The notes: a model not told the origin generated them from the sequence alone. Shown: positions 40,215 to 50,417, counted from the first letter of the stretch. The stretch is 64,000 bases of DNA from Candidatus Limnocylindrus sp. (GCA_040397175.1 JBBAWM010000001.1:121976-185975); one strand, 5' to 3'. Numbers and translations are program-made.

Positions 40215-41150
40215 TTAGCGGCGTCGGCGAGTCGCTAGTCGCGTGAACAGCACCACGACAACGGCGAAGAGGAGGGGGAGGGCGAACATCGCGACAAGGC
40301 CGAGCAGTCCACCGGGACCAACGCTGACCCCGCCGTTGCGTGCATCACCAGATTCCGGGGAGGGGGTCGGTGAGGGGGCGGGGCTCGACGCATCGGCACC
40401 AAATGCGGGTGAGGCAAGCGCGAGGGCGATGCCCCCGAGCAGTAGCAGCAGGCCGAGGGCCAGCAGGGCGAGCGCCGCCGTACTGCTGGCGAGCCGCCCA
40501 CGCCCCTCGCCCCCAAGCAGTCGCAGCGCCTCGGCACGATCCAGGGTGGTGACCACAAGTGGTCGACCAGCACCCGCGCGCAACTCCCCATCAACGAGTT
40601 GCCCCGCCGCAGTGGCGCGATCCAGATTGCTGATCTGCTCCAGGCCAACTCGCGCCTGGCGCGACGGGTCGCTCGCTGCAAGCGCGGCAACGAGTGCCGC
40701 TGTGTCAGCGCTCTGATACTCGCGGCCAGCGGCGTGAAGTTCGGCGACGCTCCCCTCCCAGCGACGCTCAACTACGACGAGTCCGTCGGCAAGGTCAACG
40801 GTGGCAATCGTGATTGCGCTGCTCGCGTCGCTGATCACAAATGGAAGGCTGCGCACGGCATCATCAATCACGCGCCAACCCTGCTCGTCGGCAATGGAGA
40901 CACGTTCGCGCCGGTAGACGAGTGGCCGGTGATGTTCGTCTTCGAAGATCTCTGGCGCATCGATGCTCCCCTTGATGGCGAGATATGGCGCCGACTCGCC
41001 TCGCAGCGCGACAAGGCGCAGCGCTTCGGTCGGGGAGATGGGGGAGAGGCCGGCAAGGAGTTGCCCGGCGCGCGTGCGTACGTCGGTACGTCGCGAGAGG
41101 AGCAGTCCGGCAACGATGAGCGCGGCGCCGATCAGCGGGATCGGGTTCAT
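40215..41150 (-). CDS. membrane hypothetical protein
   Basis: N-terminal TM, soluble middle region, two C-terminal TMs; ATGA overlap with the upstream gene. Confidence 0.65.
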   Translation of the reverse strand: MNPIPLIGAALIVAGLLLSRRTDVRTRAGQLLAGLSPISPTEALRLVALRGESAPYLAIKGSIDAPEIFEDEHHRPLVYRRERVSIADEQGWRVIDDAVRSLPFVISDASSAITIATVDLADGLVVVERRWEGSVAELHAAGREYQSADTAALVAALAASDPSRQARVGLEQISNLDRATAAGQLVDGELRAGAGRPLVVTTLDRAEALRLLGGEGRGRLASSTAALALLALGLLLLLGGIALALASPAFGADASSPAPSPTPSPESGDARNGGVSVGPGGLLGLVAMFALPLLFAVVVVLFTRLATRRRR

Positions 41151-41761
41151 GAGCCTTGCCTTCCGCTCTCGGGATCAATCGCCTGTACATCGCCGTTGAT
41201 GCTTGTGACGATGAGACGACCGCCAATCAGTTCGGCGGCACCGACCACATCGCTGTGCGCGAGTCGCCAACGTACCTCGCCGTCGCCGCGAATCGCCCAG
41301 GTTTCGACCTCGCTCTGCACGATCACATGGCCAAAGCGTGGCGATGCGATGAGCTCCACAACTGGGGTGCCGGTCTGATGGCTCCAGGCGAGGGCACCAG
41401 TGCGCGCACCGAACGCATAGACGGTGAAGCCGTAACCGACAACAAAGAGTTGGGCATCGTCCCAATGAATAGCGCGCGGCTCGTCGTAGATGACGGTGGC
41501 GAGTCGTACCGCCCAGGCGCCGCCCGGGGTCTCCACGCGGAGCTCCATGCGGCAGAGTCGATCGGGGTCACCCTCAGCACCAGCGCCGAGTGCGCCATGA
41601 TCAACGAGGGTGGCACCCGCTTCGGAGAGGGCGAAGACCGCGGCGGCCTGGCCGCTGCTCCCCCAGGTGGCGCGAACGCGCAGGCCGCCTGGGAAGTCGC
41701 TGATGCGACTCTTCGGCTCGCCGGCTCCGGTTGGGATGGGGGCGCTCGCACGGTCGTTCAC
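41147..41761 (-). CDS. hypothetical protein with PQQ-like beta-propeller repeats
   Basis: YAF..RTG.L.W, DGEVRW and AIDPESG repeats; TAGAAT 6 nt before GTG. Confidence 0.6.
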   Translation of the reverse strand: MNDRASAPIPTGAGEPKSRISDFPGGLRVRATWGSSGQAAAVFALSEAGATLVDHGALGAGAEGDPDRLCRMELRVETPGGAWAVRLATVIYDEPRAIHWDDAQLFVVGYGFTVYAFGARTGALAWSHQTGTPVVELIASPRFGHVIVQSEVETWAIRGDGEVRWRLAHSDVVGAAELIGGRLIVTSINGDVQAIDPESGRQGS

Positions 41762-41794
41762 CCAACGATTCTAGGCGCGACGTACGCTTAGGCC

Positions 41795-42442
41795 ATGAAG
41801 GCCGTGTTGTTCGACTGGGATGGGACCCTCATTGATACGACCGAGCACGTCTATGAGGCGAACGTTGAGGTGATGAAGTCCTTCGGACTCCCACCCCTCA
41901 CTCGTGAACGCTATGGAGCTGCCTTCTCACCAAACTGGCGCCGCATGTACGCCGCCCTCGGCGTTCCCGAGCACCTTGTAGAGGGAGCGGCCGATGTCTG
42001 GCACGGTGCCTATAAGGGGCATGGCGCGGAGCTTCTCCCCGGTGCCTACCCGGCGCTGGAGCGACTGGTTGCCGCGGGGATCCCACTCGGCATTGTCACT
42101 GCGGGCGATCGCAAGGTCGTCTCCGGGCAGCTCCGCCGCACTGGTGTCGCTGACCTGATCGGCTCGGCGGTCTACGGCGATGACGCGGTCGAGCAGAAGC
42201 CCGACCCTGCGCCACTCCGACGCGGGCTCGCCGCGCTCGGCCACGCGACCACCCCGGCCGAAACGGCCTACCTCGGCGACACCCTCGATGACGTGCGCAT
42301 GGCGCGCGCCGCAGGTGTTCATGCTGTTGGCATTCACTCGCCCTTCTTCCACCCCGACGACTTCTACGGAGTGGATGCGCACGAGCACGCTCCATCGGTT
42401 GCCGACTGGGTTGCCGCACTTCTCGACGGAGCAAAGCGCTAG
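41795..42442 (+). CDS. HAD family hydrolase
   Basis: FDWDGTLID, KPDP and GDTLDD motifs. Confidence 0.92.
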   Translation: MKAVLFDWDGTLIDTTEHVYEANVEVMKSFGLPPLTRERYGAAFSPNWRRMYAALGVPEHLVEGAADVWHGAYKGHGAELLPGAYPALERLVAAGIPLGIVTAGDRKVVSGQLRRTGVADLIGSAVYGDDAVEQKPDPAPLRRGLAALGHATTPAETAYLGDTLDDVRMARAAGVHAVGIHSPFFHPDDFYGVDAHEHAPSVADWVAALLDGAKR

Positions 42443-42451
42443 ACTCACCGC

Positions 42452-42548
42452 ATCGCGACAGGGGAGCGCCATCGGGCGCTGAGATGCGGAAGGTCCGCGA
42501 ACCCTACGAACCTGATCCGGGTCATGCCGGCGAAGGGAGGACGCAGGT
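42452..42548 (+). promoter_or_regulatory. TPP riboswitch
   Basis: GGGGAGC...GCTGAGA...ACCC...AACCTGATCCGGGTCATGCCGGCGAAGGGA upstream of thiamine genes; -10 TAGACT at 42440-42445. Confidence 0.95.
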
Positions 42549-42578
42549 GTACCCCGCGCGATAGAGAGCGAGGTATCT

Positions 42579-43232
42579 GTGCGCGCGTTGATTCTTGCGG
42601 GGGGCGATCGACCTGACCCGGCGCTGCTCGATGCCCACTGGCCCGGCTGGCGCGATGCCGCACTCATCATCGCCGCGGATGGTGGGGCCCGGCACGCAGC
42701 CCCACTCGGCCTTTCGCTTGATCAGGTGGTTGGCGATTTTGATTCGCTCAGCACCTCCGACGCTGATGAGCTTGAGGCGGCGGGCGTAACCATCGCGCGC
42801 TTTCCTACTAATAAAGATGCAACCGATACCGAGCTCGCCCTCGTTGCCGCCCTCGATGCAGGATCCACGAAGATCACGCTGCTATGCACCTGGGGTGGCC
42901 GCAGTGATCACGCCATCGGCACCCTGGCACTCTTGGCGCATCCACGCTGTGACGCTGTGAGCGTAGTGATTCTGGATGAACAGACTCGGACCCAGCTGTT
43001 GCGGGGCGGAGCAACGATCACCTTGCGCGGGGAGATCGGCCGCACCATCTCGATTACGCCGTGGGGTGGTGATGCAACGGTGTCGGCGACGGGTGTGCGC
43101 TGGACACTTGAATCTGCGGTGCTCGTTGCGGGGAGCACGCGTGGCATCTCTAATGTGGCAACCGCTGTAGAGGTGACCATCACGGTGCATCACGGTGCCG
43201 TGCTGGTGAGCGAAGGGGGAGGCGTAGCATGA
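42579..43232 (+). CDS. thiN: thiamine diphosphokinase
   Basis: AADGGA, VGDFDS, KDATDTELAL, GGRSDH and GISN motifs. Confidence 0.92.
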   Translation: MRALILAGGDRPDPALLDAHWPGWRDAALIIAADGGARHAAPLGLSLDQVVGDFDSLSTSDADELEAAGVTIARFPTNKDATDTELALVAALDAGSTKITLLCTWGGRSDHAIGTLALLAHPRCDAVSVVILDEQTRTQLLRGGATITLRGEIGRTISITPWGGDATVSATGVRWTLESAVLVAGSTRGISNVATAVEVTITVHHGAVLVSEGGGVA

Positions 43233-43786
43233 AGCGTTCGTGGGGCTTACTGGATCTCGTCACCGTGGCAACGATCGGTATCGCCTCGGGCGTGCTCTTC
43301 GCCGGATGGAATCTTCTGTGGGGTGCCGCATCTCCACTCTTCGCCGCGGTGCTGCCGTTGCAGTACTTGCTCTTTGCTGGTACGTGGGTGATTGCCGGGC
43401 CACTTGCGGGACTGATCGTGCGACGCCCCGGCGCAGCGCTCGCCGGGGAGATGATCGCCGCCTCTGTCTCATTCTTGCTGGCGAGCCAGTGGTCGGTTGA
43501 TGCGATCTTCTCTGGCGCGGCACAAGGGCTCGGTGCCGAGCTGACCTTTGCGCTCGTTGGATATCGCGTCGCCGGTCTGCGCGTTGCGCTGGTTGCTGGA
43601 GCACTCTCGGGGGTTGGCATGGCGCTCCATGATCTGCCGCTCTACTTCCCTGACGTGAGTGCCTCGTTCGCAACGGCCTTGGTGGCAGCGATGATCGCAA
43701 GCGCGGCGATCATTGGCGGTCTCGGTGCGCTGCTTGTGCGCGCCGCACTTCGACGCAGCGGTGCCCTCGACCTGATCGGAGCCTGA
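43229..43786 (+). CDS. ECF transporter S component (YkoE-like; thiamine or precursor)
   Basis: RRPGAALAGE and QGLGAEL motifs; 6 TMs; downstream of a TPP riboswitch. Confidence 0.85.
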   Translation: MKRSWGLLDLVTVATIGIASGVLFAGWNLLWGAASPLFAAVLPLQYLLFAGTWVIAGPLAGLIVRRPGAALAGEMIAASVSFLLASQWSVDAIFSGAAQGLGAELTFALVGYRVAGLRVALVAGALSGVGMALHDLPLYFPDVSASFATALVAAMIASAAIIGGLGALLVRAALRRSGALDLIGA

Positions 43787-43790
43787 CGGC

Positions 43791-45926
43791 GTGCCACCCC
43801 TCTCCGTAGAGATCGCCGATCTCACCTGGCAACCGGCCGGCTCCGATCGGCTCACGCTCGACCTGCGCGGAACATCCATCGCCCTTCCCGCCGGTGGCCT
43901 GCTCCTCGTGAGCGGCGCATCTGGCGCTGGGAAGAGCACCCTCTTGAAGGCGATCGCTGGGCTGCTCGGCACCGTGCTGCCGGGCGAACTGCGCGGGACA
44001 CTGCTGGTTGGGGGAGTCGATCTGGTCGCTGCCGCCTCTGCGGAGTCGGGGATTCCACGTGCGCTTACCGAGCGACTTGGCTACGTGGCGGCCGGCCCAG
44101 CCCCCACCTTTGCGCTGCCACTCCTGCTCGATGATGCGGCACTCCCGTTGGAGTCGCGACAGGTTCCCACTGGCGAGATGCGCTTGCGCATTGAACGGTG
44201 CGCGCGCGAGGCGGCGCTACAGGTTGCCCTCATCGATCGCAGCCTCACCACGTTCAGTGGCGGTGAGCACGCTGCGGCGGCGGCACTCGTCGCCCTCGTT
44301 GCGTCGCCGGATCTGCTGATCGCCGACGAGCCGCTCGGCGGCCTCGATCTCCGATCTGCCGAACGCTTGGCATCGACGCTGCGTGAGTGCGGTGCGACGC
44401 GCGTGATTGCAGCACATGACCTCTCGCTGCTCGGCGCAGTACCTGCGCAGCATCTTCGACTCGATGACGGCGCGGTCGCTGCGACGGCGCCGGTGCTCTC
44501 CGCTGCGCCAGAGTGGAGAGAGATTCACAGCGACCATGGTGGCGGCGTGCCGATCGTGCAGCTGGTGTGCGCCACTGCAGCCGGTCGCACCGTTGGAGCA
44601 TCCAGCATCGCCGTGCTGCGTGGCACCACAACGCTGCTCACGGGCGGTACGGGAAGCGGTAAGTCAACACTCCTGCAACTCGTGGCTGGGACACTTCCCG
44701 TAGATGGAGGCGAACGCATTGCCGCATCAGACCTGCGGATCAGATTCGCACCGCAAGATCCAGGCATGCTCCTTGGCGCTCGATCTGCACGCGCATTAAT
44801 CGGGCGAAACGACGAGGCCCGCGCGCACGTACTCGCGGCTCGCCTGGGAGTCGCTCATCTGCTTGATGTATCGCCGGGGCGACTTTCTGATGGCGAGCGA
44901 CGCAGAGTCGCGATCGTCACGGCGCTTGCCGCAACGCCAGACGTTCTCATTCTCGACGAGCCGAGCGGTGGCCTTGATGACGCACGGGTTGCGACGCTCT
45001 GTGATCTGCTCAGTGATCGAGAACTGCTCGGCACGTGTGCCGTGTTGATCGCTACGCACGATGCACGACTGAGTGCGCTGGGCCAGCCCGTAGCCCGACC
45101 GGTGCGCCGGGTGCACCACCCCGAGGAGACAGGAACCAGCGCTGAGCCAACTGAGGGTGGCTTCGCCGCGCACCTGCCAGCGCCGGCAGCGCGAGTCGCT
45201 GAGAGCGCCGAGCGCCTTCTCTCGCCAGAGCTCGGCCGAAGACTGATCGGTACCGCAAATCCACTCACGCGCCTCGGCCTCGCACTCTTCTGGTTCACCC
45301 TCTCGATTGTGAGCCCCGTAACGCCAGTGGCGCAGGCGGCGATTGCACTCCCAGTGCTCCTCGTGGCTTGGGCATCTGGGGTGCAGATCTTCGCTACGTT
45401 GCGTCTCGCCGTCGCGCTCACTCCAGCACTTGCTGGCATCGTGCTCGCTAATCTGCTCGGCGGCGCATCCGTTGAAGAGGCGGTTGGTGCTGGCACGCGA
45501 CTGCTCGCCTTTGCCGCTGGAAGCCTGGTGCTCTTGCGCCCGTTTGAACCGTTGCGCATGGCCGATGCGTTCATTGAAAAACTTCGGACACCATTTGCGC
45601 CAACGATGGCACTGCTCGCCACTGCTGCGCGTATCACCACGATGCGTGATGAGGCACGCGAACGCCGAGCAATTCGTCGGCTCATCAAGCGCGGCGCAGA
45701 CCCTCTGCTACTCGTCGACATGTTCGATTCGGTCATTCGCGCCGTCCCACAATTAGCAATCGCACTAGAGGTTCGTGGCGTACGACTGCCGACGCGTCAA
45801 GCGCCACCGACCCGTCGACGGCCGTCGCGATTCGGTCGCGCCGATCTGCTCATCGTGATGCTCAGCGTCGGTGGCCTGCTGGTCTCGGTGGCACGTGCCG
45901 TCGCCGAGGCTATACTCGCGGCATGA
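43791..45926 (+). CDS. fused ECF module: two ABC ATPase domains plus a T component
   Basis: Walker A GASGAGKST and GGTGSGKST; DEP twice; NPLTRL followed by TMs and ALEVRG (EcfT). Confidence 0.8.
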   Translation: MPPLSVEIADLTWQPAGSDRLTLDLRGTSIALPAGGLLLVSGASGAGKSTLLKAIAGLLGTVLPGELRGTLLVGGVDLVAAASAESGIPRALTERLGYVAAGPAPTFALPLLLDDAALPLESRQVPTGEMRLRIERCAREAALQVALIDRSLTTFSGGEHAAAAALVALVASPDLLIADEPLGGLDLRSAERLASTLRECGATRVIAAHDLSLLGAVPAQHLRLDDGAVAATAPVLSAAPEWREIHSDHGGGVPIVQLVCATAAGRTVGASSIAVLRGTTTLLTGGTGSGKSTLLQLVAGTLPVDGGERIAASDLRIRFAPQDPGMLLGARSARALIGRNDEARAHVLAARLGVAHLLDVSPGRLSDGERRRVAIVTALAATPDVLILDEPSGGLDDARVATLCDLLSDRELLGTCAVLIATHDARLSALGQPVARPVRRVHHPEETGTSAEPTEGGFAAHLPAPAARVAESAERLLSPELGRRLIGTANPLTRLGLALFWFTLSIVSPVTPVAQAAIALPVLLVAWASGVQIFATLRLAVALTPALAGIVLANLLGGASVEEAVGAGTRLLAFAAGSLVLLRPFEPLRMADAFIEKLRTPFAPTMALLATAARITTMRDEARERRAIRRLIKRGADPLLLVDMFDSVIRAVPQLAIALEVRGVRLPTRQAPPTRRRPSRFGRADLLIVMLSVGGLLVSVARAVAEAILAA

Positions 45927-46408
45927 GTCCATTTAAGGCGTTCCCGCCCGTCGGTAGCGAAGCTCCCACATTTACGCTGCGCGACGCGACCGGGAGCGAC
46001 CACAGCACCCTTGCTGCGCGCGGCAAGTGGCTCGTCATCTACTTCTATCCAAAAGATGACACGCCGGGCTGCACCATCGAGGCCTGCGAGTTTCGCGACG
46101 CCGAATCGGCGCTGCAGCAGGCGGGGGCCATTGTCTGGGGGGTGAGCCCCGATGACCAGTCCAGCAAGGCTGCCTTCCGCGACAAGTTCTCCCTCAACTT
46201 TCCGATCCTCTCCGACCTCGACCATCAGGTGGCCGAGGCCTACGGCGTCTGGGGTGAGAAGCAGATGATGGGGAAGAGCTATCTGAGTACGCACCGGGTC
46301 ACCTTCCTGATCAACCCAGAGGGGCGAGTCGCGAAGGTCTGGGAGAGCGTGACTCCGACCGGGCATGCGGCAGAGGTGCTTGCGGAGATCACCAGCCAGA
46401 GGGGATAA
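45923..46408 (+). CDS. bcp: thioredoxin-dependent peroxiredoxin (BCP)
   Basis: YFYPKDDTPGCTIEACEFRD motif. Confidence 0.95.
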   Translation: MSPFKAFPPVGSEAPTFTLRDATGSDHSTLAARGKWLVIYFYPKDDTPGCTIEACEFRDAESALQQAGAIVWGVSPDDQSSKAAFRDKFSLNFPILSDLDHQVAEAYGVWGEKQMMGKSYLSTHRVTFLINPEGRVAKVWESVTPTGHAAEVLAEITSQRG

Positions 46409-46443
46409 AAGGCGGTGCCTTTGGGGGACGACGGCACCGCCTT
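46409..46443 (+). terminator. 11-bp hairpin after bcp
   Basis: AAGGCGGTGCC...GGCACCGCCTT; lacks a clear U tract. Confidence 0.5.
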
Positions 46444-46586
46444 AGGGTGCAATTCTGACAGGGATTCACCTCCCGTACAAGGAAAAGTGGCCAATCTGCA
46501 ACCAGCCCGTTGAGCACGCTCCGCGAGAGCCCCTGCTAGAGTTGACGCAGCAAGCAATGACCCACGGCAACACCGAAAGGCTCACT

Positions 46587-48419
46587 GTGACGCTCGAAAC
46601 TCAGGACTTCCTGGTCCAGCCGGTCGATGCCTCCTGGCTTCAGTGCAACATTGAGTGCCAAGAGGCCTGCCCCGTCGGCACCAACTGCCGCGGCTACCTC
46701 AACCTGGCCGCCGAAGGTCGCTTTGAAGAGGGGTACCTCCTCTCCCGTGAGCCAAACCCCATCGCCGCCATGTGTTCGTACGTCTGCTCCGCGCCATGTG
46801 AGCGCGCCTGCCGCCGCGGCGACATCGATCGCCCACTCGCGATTCGCGCGATGAAGCGATTCCTCGTGGAGTGGCACGCCGCCTCGGGGATCCCCGACGT
46901 TGCTCCAGAGATCACACCACGCGCTGAGAGCGTTGCGGTGATCGGCGCCGGCCCCGCCGGCCTCTCCGTTGCACGCGAGCTCGCCGTGAAGGGCTACCAG
47001 GTCACCGTGTACGACAGCCTGCCGTACGGCGGCGGCACGATGCTCATTGGCGTTCCTGCGTTCCGACTTCCGCGCGAAGCAATCGAGACCGACGTGCGCC
47101 TCATTGAGCGACTCGGCGTGACGTTCGTCTACAACACCGAGGTTGGTCGCGACATTACCTTCGAGCAGTTGCAGCAGAAGCACAACGCCATTGCAATCTG
47201 TGCCGGCGCCATGAACGCGGTCGCCCTCGATGTTCCTGGCGCCGACTTCAACGGATTGGTCTACGGCGTCGACTTCATGAAGGATGCCAACCTCGGGAAG
47301 CCGCTCAGCGTTGGTAAGGATGTGGTCGTCATCGGTGGTGGCTACACCGCCATGGACTGCTCGCGCACCTCGCTCCGTCACGGCGCAGAGCGCGTCACCA
47401 TCGCCTATCGCCGCACTCGCTCGGAGCTCGTCGTTGACGAAGAGGAGCTCGGCGAGACAGAGCGCGAGGGTGTGCGCATGGACTTCCTCGTCTCGCCACT
47501 CGAGCTGATCGGCGAGAACGGCAACATCACCGGCGTGCGCATGATCAAGAATCGTCTCGGCGAGCCGGACGCGTCGGGTCGCCGCAGCCCAGTGCCCATT
47601 GAAGGATCGGAGTTCATCCTCCCCGCCGACACCGTAATACCCGCCGTGTCGCAGGCCGCCGAACTCGGCTTCCTGCCAGTCGAGAGCACCTTCGAAGTGG
47701 CGCGCGGTCGCGTCAAGGTTGACCCGGCCACCTACGCCACCAACATCAAAGGCGTCTGGGCCTGCGGTGACTTCGTCACTGGCCCCGCCACCATGATCGA
47801 GGCGGCGGGCCACGCCAAGAAGTGCGCCTACGCCATCGACCGCTACCTCGACGGGCAGGCCGAGATCACCGTTGATGCCAACGTCAAGATCACCAGCTCG
47901 TGGCGCCACGAGATGCCCGAGTTCTACGACCGCATCCCGCGCCAGCACATCCCCGTGCTGCCGTTGGCGGCGCGACTCCCGTCGGGAGACCCTGTCGAGA
48001 ACTTCACCACCCAGGTCGAGCTCGGCTACGGGGCCCAGCAGGCGGTGGCCGAGAGCACCCGCTGCCTCATGTGCAACTACAACATTTGGTTTGACCCGAT
48101 GCGCTGCGTCCTGTGCGGCGCCTGCGCCGACGTCTGCCCAGAGGGGGTCATCCACATGGTCGACATCAACCAGCTCAAGTCCGAGGGCGCCCTCCCCGAA
48201 CTTTCCGAGGCCTACGGCTGGGAGAACGGCGGGGCAATGCTCCTGGATGAGGAGCGCTGCATCCGCTGCGCCCTCTGCGTAAAGCGCTGTCCCTTCGACG
48301 CCATTACGATGGAGCGGTTCGAACTACAAGAGATCAGCTCGGACGGACGCCTCTATAAGGAGTCCTATCGAGATGGACAGTTGGCCGGCGTTGCCGGCGT
48401 AGCGGGAGGGGCACAGTGA
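46587..48419 (+). CDS. GltD/NfnB/DsrL-like NAD(P)H-dependent FAD/FeS oxidoreductase with C-terminal 2x[4Fe-4S] domain
   Basis: CQEACP and CSYVCSAPCERAC; GAGPAG, GVPAFRLP, GGGYTAMD, YRR; E..RCLMC; CVLCGACADVCP and CIRCALCVKRCP. Start may instead be 46557. Confidence 0.88.
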   Translation: MTLETQDFLVQPVDASWLQCNIECQEACPVGTNCRGYLNLAAEGRFEEGYLLSREPNPIAAMCSYVCSAPCERACRRGDIDRPLAIRAMKRFLVEWHAASGIPDVAPEITPRAESVAVIGAGPAGLSVARELAVKGYQVTVYDSLPYGGGTMLIGVPAFRLPREAIETDVRLIERLGVTFVYNTEVGRDITFEQLQQKHNAIAICAGAMNAVALDVPGADFNGLVYGVDFMKDANLGKPLSVGKDVVVIGGGYTAMDCSRTSLRHGAERVTIAYRRTRSELVVDEEELGETEREGVRMDFLVSPLELIGENGNITGVRMIKNRLGEPDASGRRSPVPIEGSEFILPADTVIPAVSQAAELGFLPVESTFEVARGRVKVDPATYATNIKGVWACGDFVTGPATMIEAAGHAKKCAYAIDRYLDGQAEITVDANVKITSSWRHEMPEFYDRIPRQHIPVLPLAARLPSGDPVENFTTQVELGYGAQQAVAESTRCLMCNYNIWFDPMRCVLCGACADVCPEGVIHMVDINQLKSEGALPELSEAYGWENGGAMLLDEERCIRCALCVKRCPFDAITMERFELQEISSDGRLYKESYRDGQLAGVAGVAGGAQ

Positions 48420-49144
48420 GCCTACTGGCGAGGGTCGATCAGGCGGTCCGCAGGTCGGCAGCCTGGCGCTCCATCTTCCGTAACTCCTATCCGAACGACG
48501 AGCGCAGCCGCGCGTATGCGGTGATGAACAACGTCTTCCTGCACCTCCACCCAGTGCGCGTGCGCCAGCATGCGGTGAAGTTCGCCTACACCTTCTGCCT
48601 CGGCGGCTTGAGCTTCTTCCTCTTCCTCGTCCTCACGGTGACGGGCGTCTACCTGATGTTCTTCTACGCGCCATCGGCAACGCAGGCCTACTCCGACATC
48701 CTCAAGATTCAGACACTCATCCCGTTTGGGCAGATCACCCGCAACATCCATCGTTGGGGCGCCCACCTCATGGTCTTCTTCGTCTTCCTGCACATGATGC
48801 GCGTCTTCTATCACGGCGCCTACAAGCCACCACGCGAATTTAACTGGGTCGTTGGCGTGATCCTGCTCTTCCTGACGCTGATGCTCAGCTTCACCGGTTA
48901 CCTGTTGCCGTGGGACCAGATCGCCTACTGGGCGATCACCATCGGTTCAAACATGGCCGGCTACGCGCCGCTCCTGAACACCCCATCGAAGCTCCTTCTC
49001 CTTGGTGGACTTGAGGTTGGGCAGAACACCCTGCTTCGCTTCTACGTGCTGCACGTGATGGTCTTCCCACTCTTGGCGGCGGTCTTCCTCGCGGTCCACT
49101 TCTGGCGGATCCGCAAGGACGGCGGCATAAGCGGACCGCTGTGA
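48416..49144 (+). CDS. cytochrome b6-like subunit (split cytochrome b, N-terminal part)
   Basis: FCLGG (heme ci Cys), four His ligands with 14-residue spacing in helix D, FTGYLLPWDQ, terminal GISGPL. Confidence 0.92.
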   Translation: MSLLARVDQAVRRSAAWRSIFRNSYPNDERSRAYAVMNNVFLHLHPVRVRQHAVKFAYTFCLGGLSFFLFLVLTVTGVYLMFFYAPSATQAYSDILKIQTLIPFGQITRNIHRWGAHLMVFFVFLHMMRVFYHGAYKPPREFNWVVGVILLFLTLMLSFTGYLLPWDQIAYWAITIGSNMAGYAPLLNTPSKLLLLGGLEVGQNTLLRFYVLHVMVFPLLAAVFLAVHFWRIRKDGGISGPL

Positions 49145-49147
49145 TCC

Positions 49148-49735
49148 ATGAGTGACGAGCAGCGCCCAGCGAGCTCCCTGCCGGTCGATCCGTCGCGCCA
49201 GACGGAGATCGACAAGCAGCGTGTGCCGATGGCGGCGCGACCGTATCGACTCCTTGCCCTCGTCAAGCAAGACGCCGTCGTTCGCGTACAGAAGGAGCCA
49301 GACGACACGGTCATGACCTGGCCGCACCTGCTGACGATCGAGTTCCTTTCGGCGGTGGCGATGAGCATCTTCTTGTTGCTGCTCGGCCTCTTCATCAATG
49401 CACCGCTCGAAGAGCTCGCCAACCCGAACGTCACGCCGGCCGTCGCAAAGGCACCGTGGTACTTCTTGGGCCTTCAGGAGTTGCTCGCCTACTTCCACCC
49501 AACCGTTGCAGGTGCACTGACGCCAGCAGCTGTGTTGGTTGGCTCGGCACTGATTCCGTATCTCGACCGCCGCAACATCCACAGCACCAAGCCATCTGAT
49601 CGCAAGTTGGAGGTCACCCTCTTCTCCGTGCTCTGGGCACTCGGGCTCACGGTGACCTTCATCGGTATCTTCTTCCGCGGTCCTGGCTACTCCTTCATCT
49701 TGCCGTGGTCGACCGGCTTCTTCTTTAGCTTGTGA
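49148..49735 (+). CDS. cytochrome b/b6 subunit IV-like (C-terminal part)
   Basis: WPHLL, APLEELANP..TP, APWYF and PYLDR motifs; 3 TMs. Confidence 0.88.
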   Translation: MSDEQRPASSLPVDPSRQTEIDKQRVPMAARPYRLLALVKQDAVVRVQKEPDDTVMTWPHLLTIEFLSAVAMSIFLLLLGLFINAPLEELANPNVTPAVAKAPWYFLGLQELLAYFHPTVAGALTPAAVLVGSALIPYLDRRNIHSTKPSDRKLEVTLFSVLWALGLTVTFIGIFFRGPGYSFILPWSTGFFFSL

Positions 49736-49748
49736 TCGGAGGGGCGCA

Positions 49749-50417
49749 GTGAGTCATTACAGCGTTGAGCCGAGCGACAAGCCAAAGGCGCTCACCACGC
49801 AAACCATCAAGGCCCTGCGCCATGAAGAGGTGAAGGGGATCTCGCGCCGCCGACTCCTTCGCACCACGATCGGCGCAGGATTCGCACTCTGGCTCCTTGA
49901 AGTGACCGCCGGCACCCTCGGATTCCTCTGGCCAAACCTCGAGGGTGGCTTCGGCGGCAAGATTCGCGTCGGCACCCTCAAGTCGCTCATCGACGCCAAC
50001 GCAGGCCTGCCCATCAAAGAGGGATTCCCAGCCTATGTGCAAGATGCACGCGCGTTCATCATGTTGGTTGATCCGAATCGCCAAGAGTTTGTGACTGGTG
50101 AAGATCCAACGGGCGACGGTACCGCGCTGAACGTGCGCGCGCTCTATCAACGCTGCCCGCACCTCGGCTGCAAGCCGAACCCCTGCATCAAAACGTATTG
50201 GTTGGAGTGCGCGTGCCACGGCAGTCGCTACGACCGACTCGGCACCAAGGCGCAGGGCCTCGGCCCCGCACCGCGCGGCATGGATCGATTCGCCTCAGTG
50301 GTCGATAAGGATGGCGTCCTTACCCTCGACACCGGCAAGATCAATCTCGGCACCATTCCGTTGGCGATCGGCACGCCAGGGATCGAGGCGCCACGCGCCG
50401 CCACGGGGTGCATCTAA
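49749..50417 (+). CDS. Rieske [2Fe-2S] subunit
   Basis: Tat-like SRRRLL plus TM; CPHLGC and CACHGSRY; GPAPR. Confidence 0.93.
   Translation: MSHYSVEPSDKPKALTTQTIKALRHEEVKGISRRRLLRTTIGAGFALWLLEVTAGTLGFLWPNLEGGFGGKIRVGTLKSLIDANAGLPIKEGFPAYVQDARAFIMLVDPNRQEFVTGEDPTGDGTALNVRALYQRCPHLGCKPNPCIKTYWLECACHGSRYDRLGTKAQGLGPAPRGMDRFASVVDKDGVLTLDTGKINLGTIPLAIGTPGIEAPRAATGCI

Noticed and set aside
46536-48155. 539-aa antisense ORF (similar ones at 30377-31927 and 10891-11901)
   Set aside because: These are shadow frames of strongly codon-biased high-GC genes and carry no recognisable motifs.
46587-48419. Annotation as gltD or dsrL
   Set aside because: There is no gltB or dsr gene nearby, the protein has an extra ferredoxin domain relative to GltD, and it is coupled to cyt b6. 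No gene symbol was assigned.
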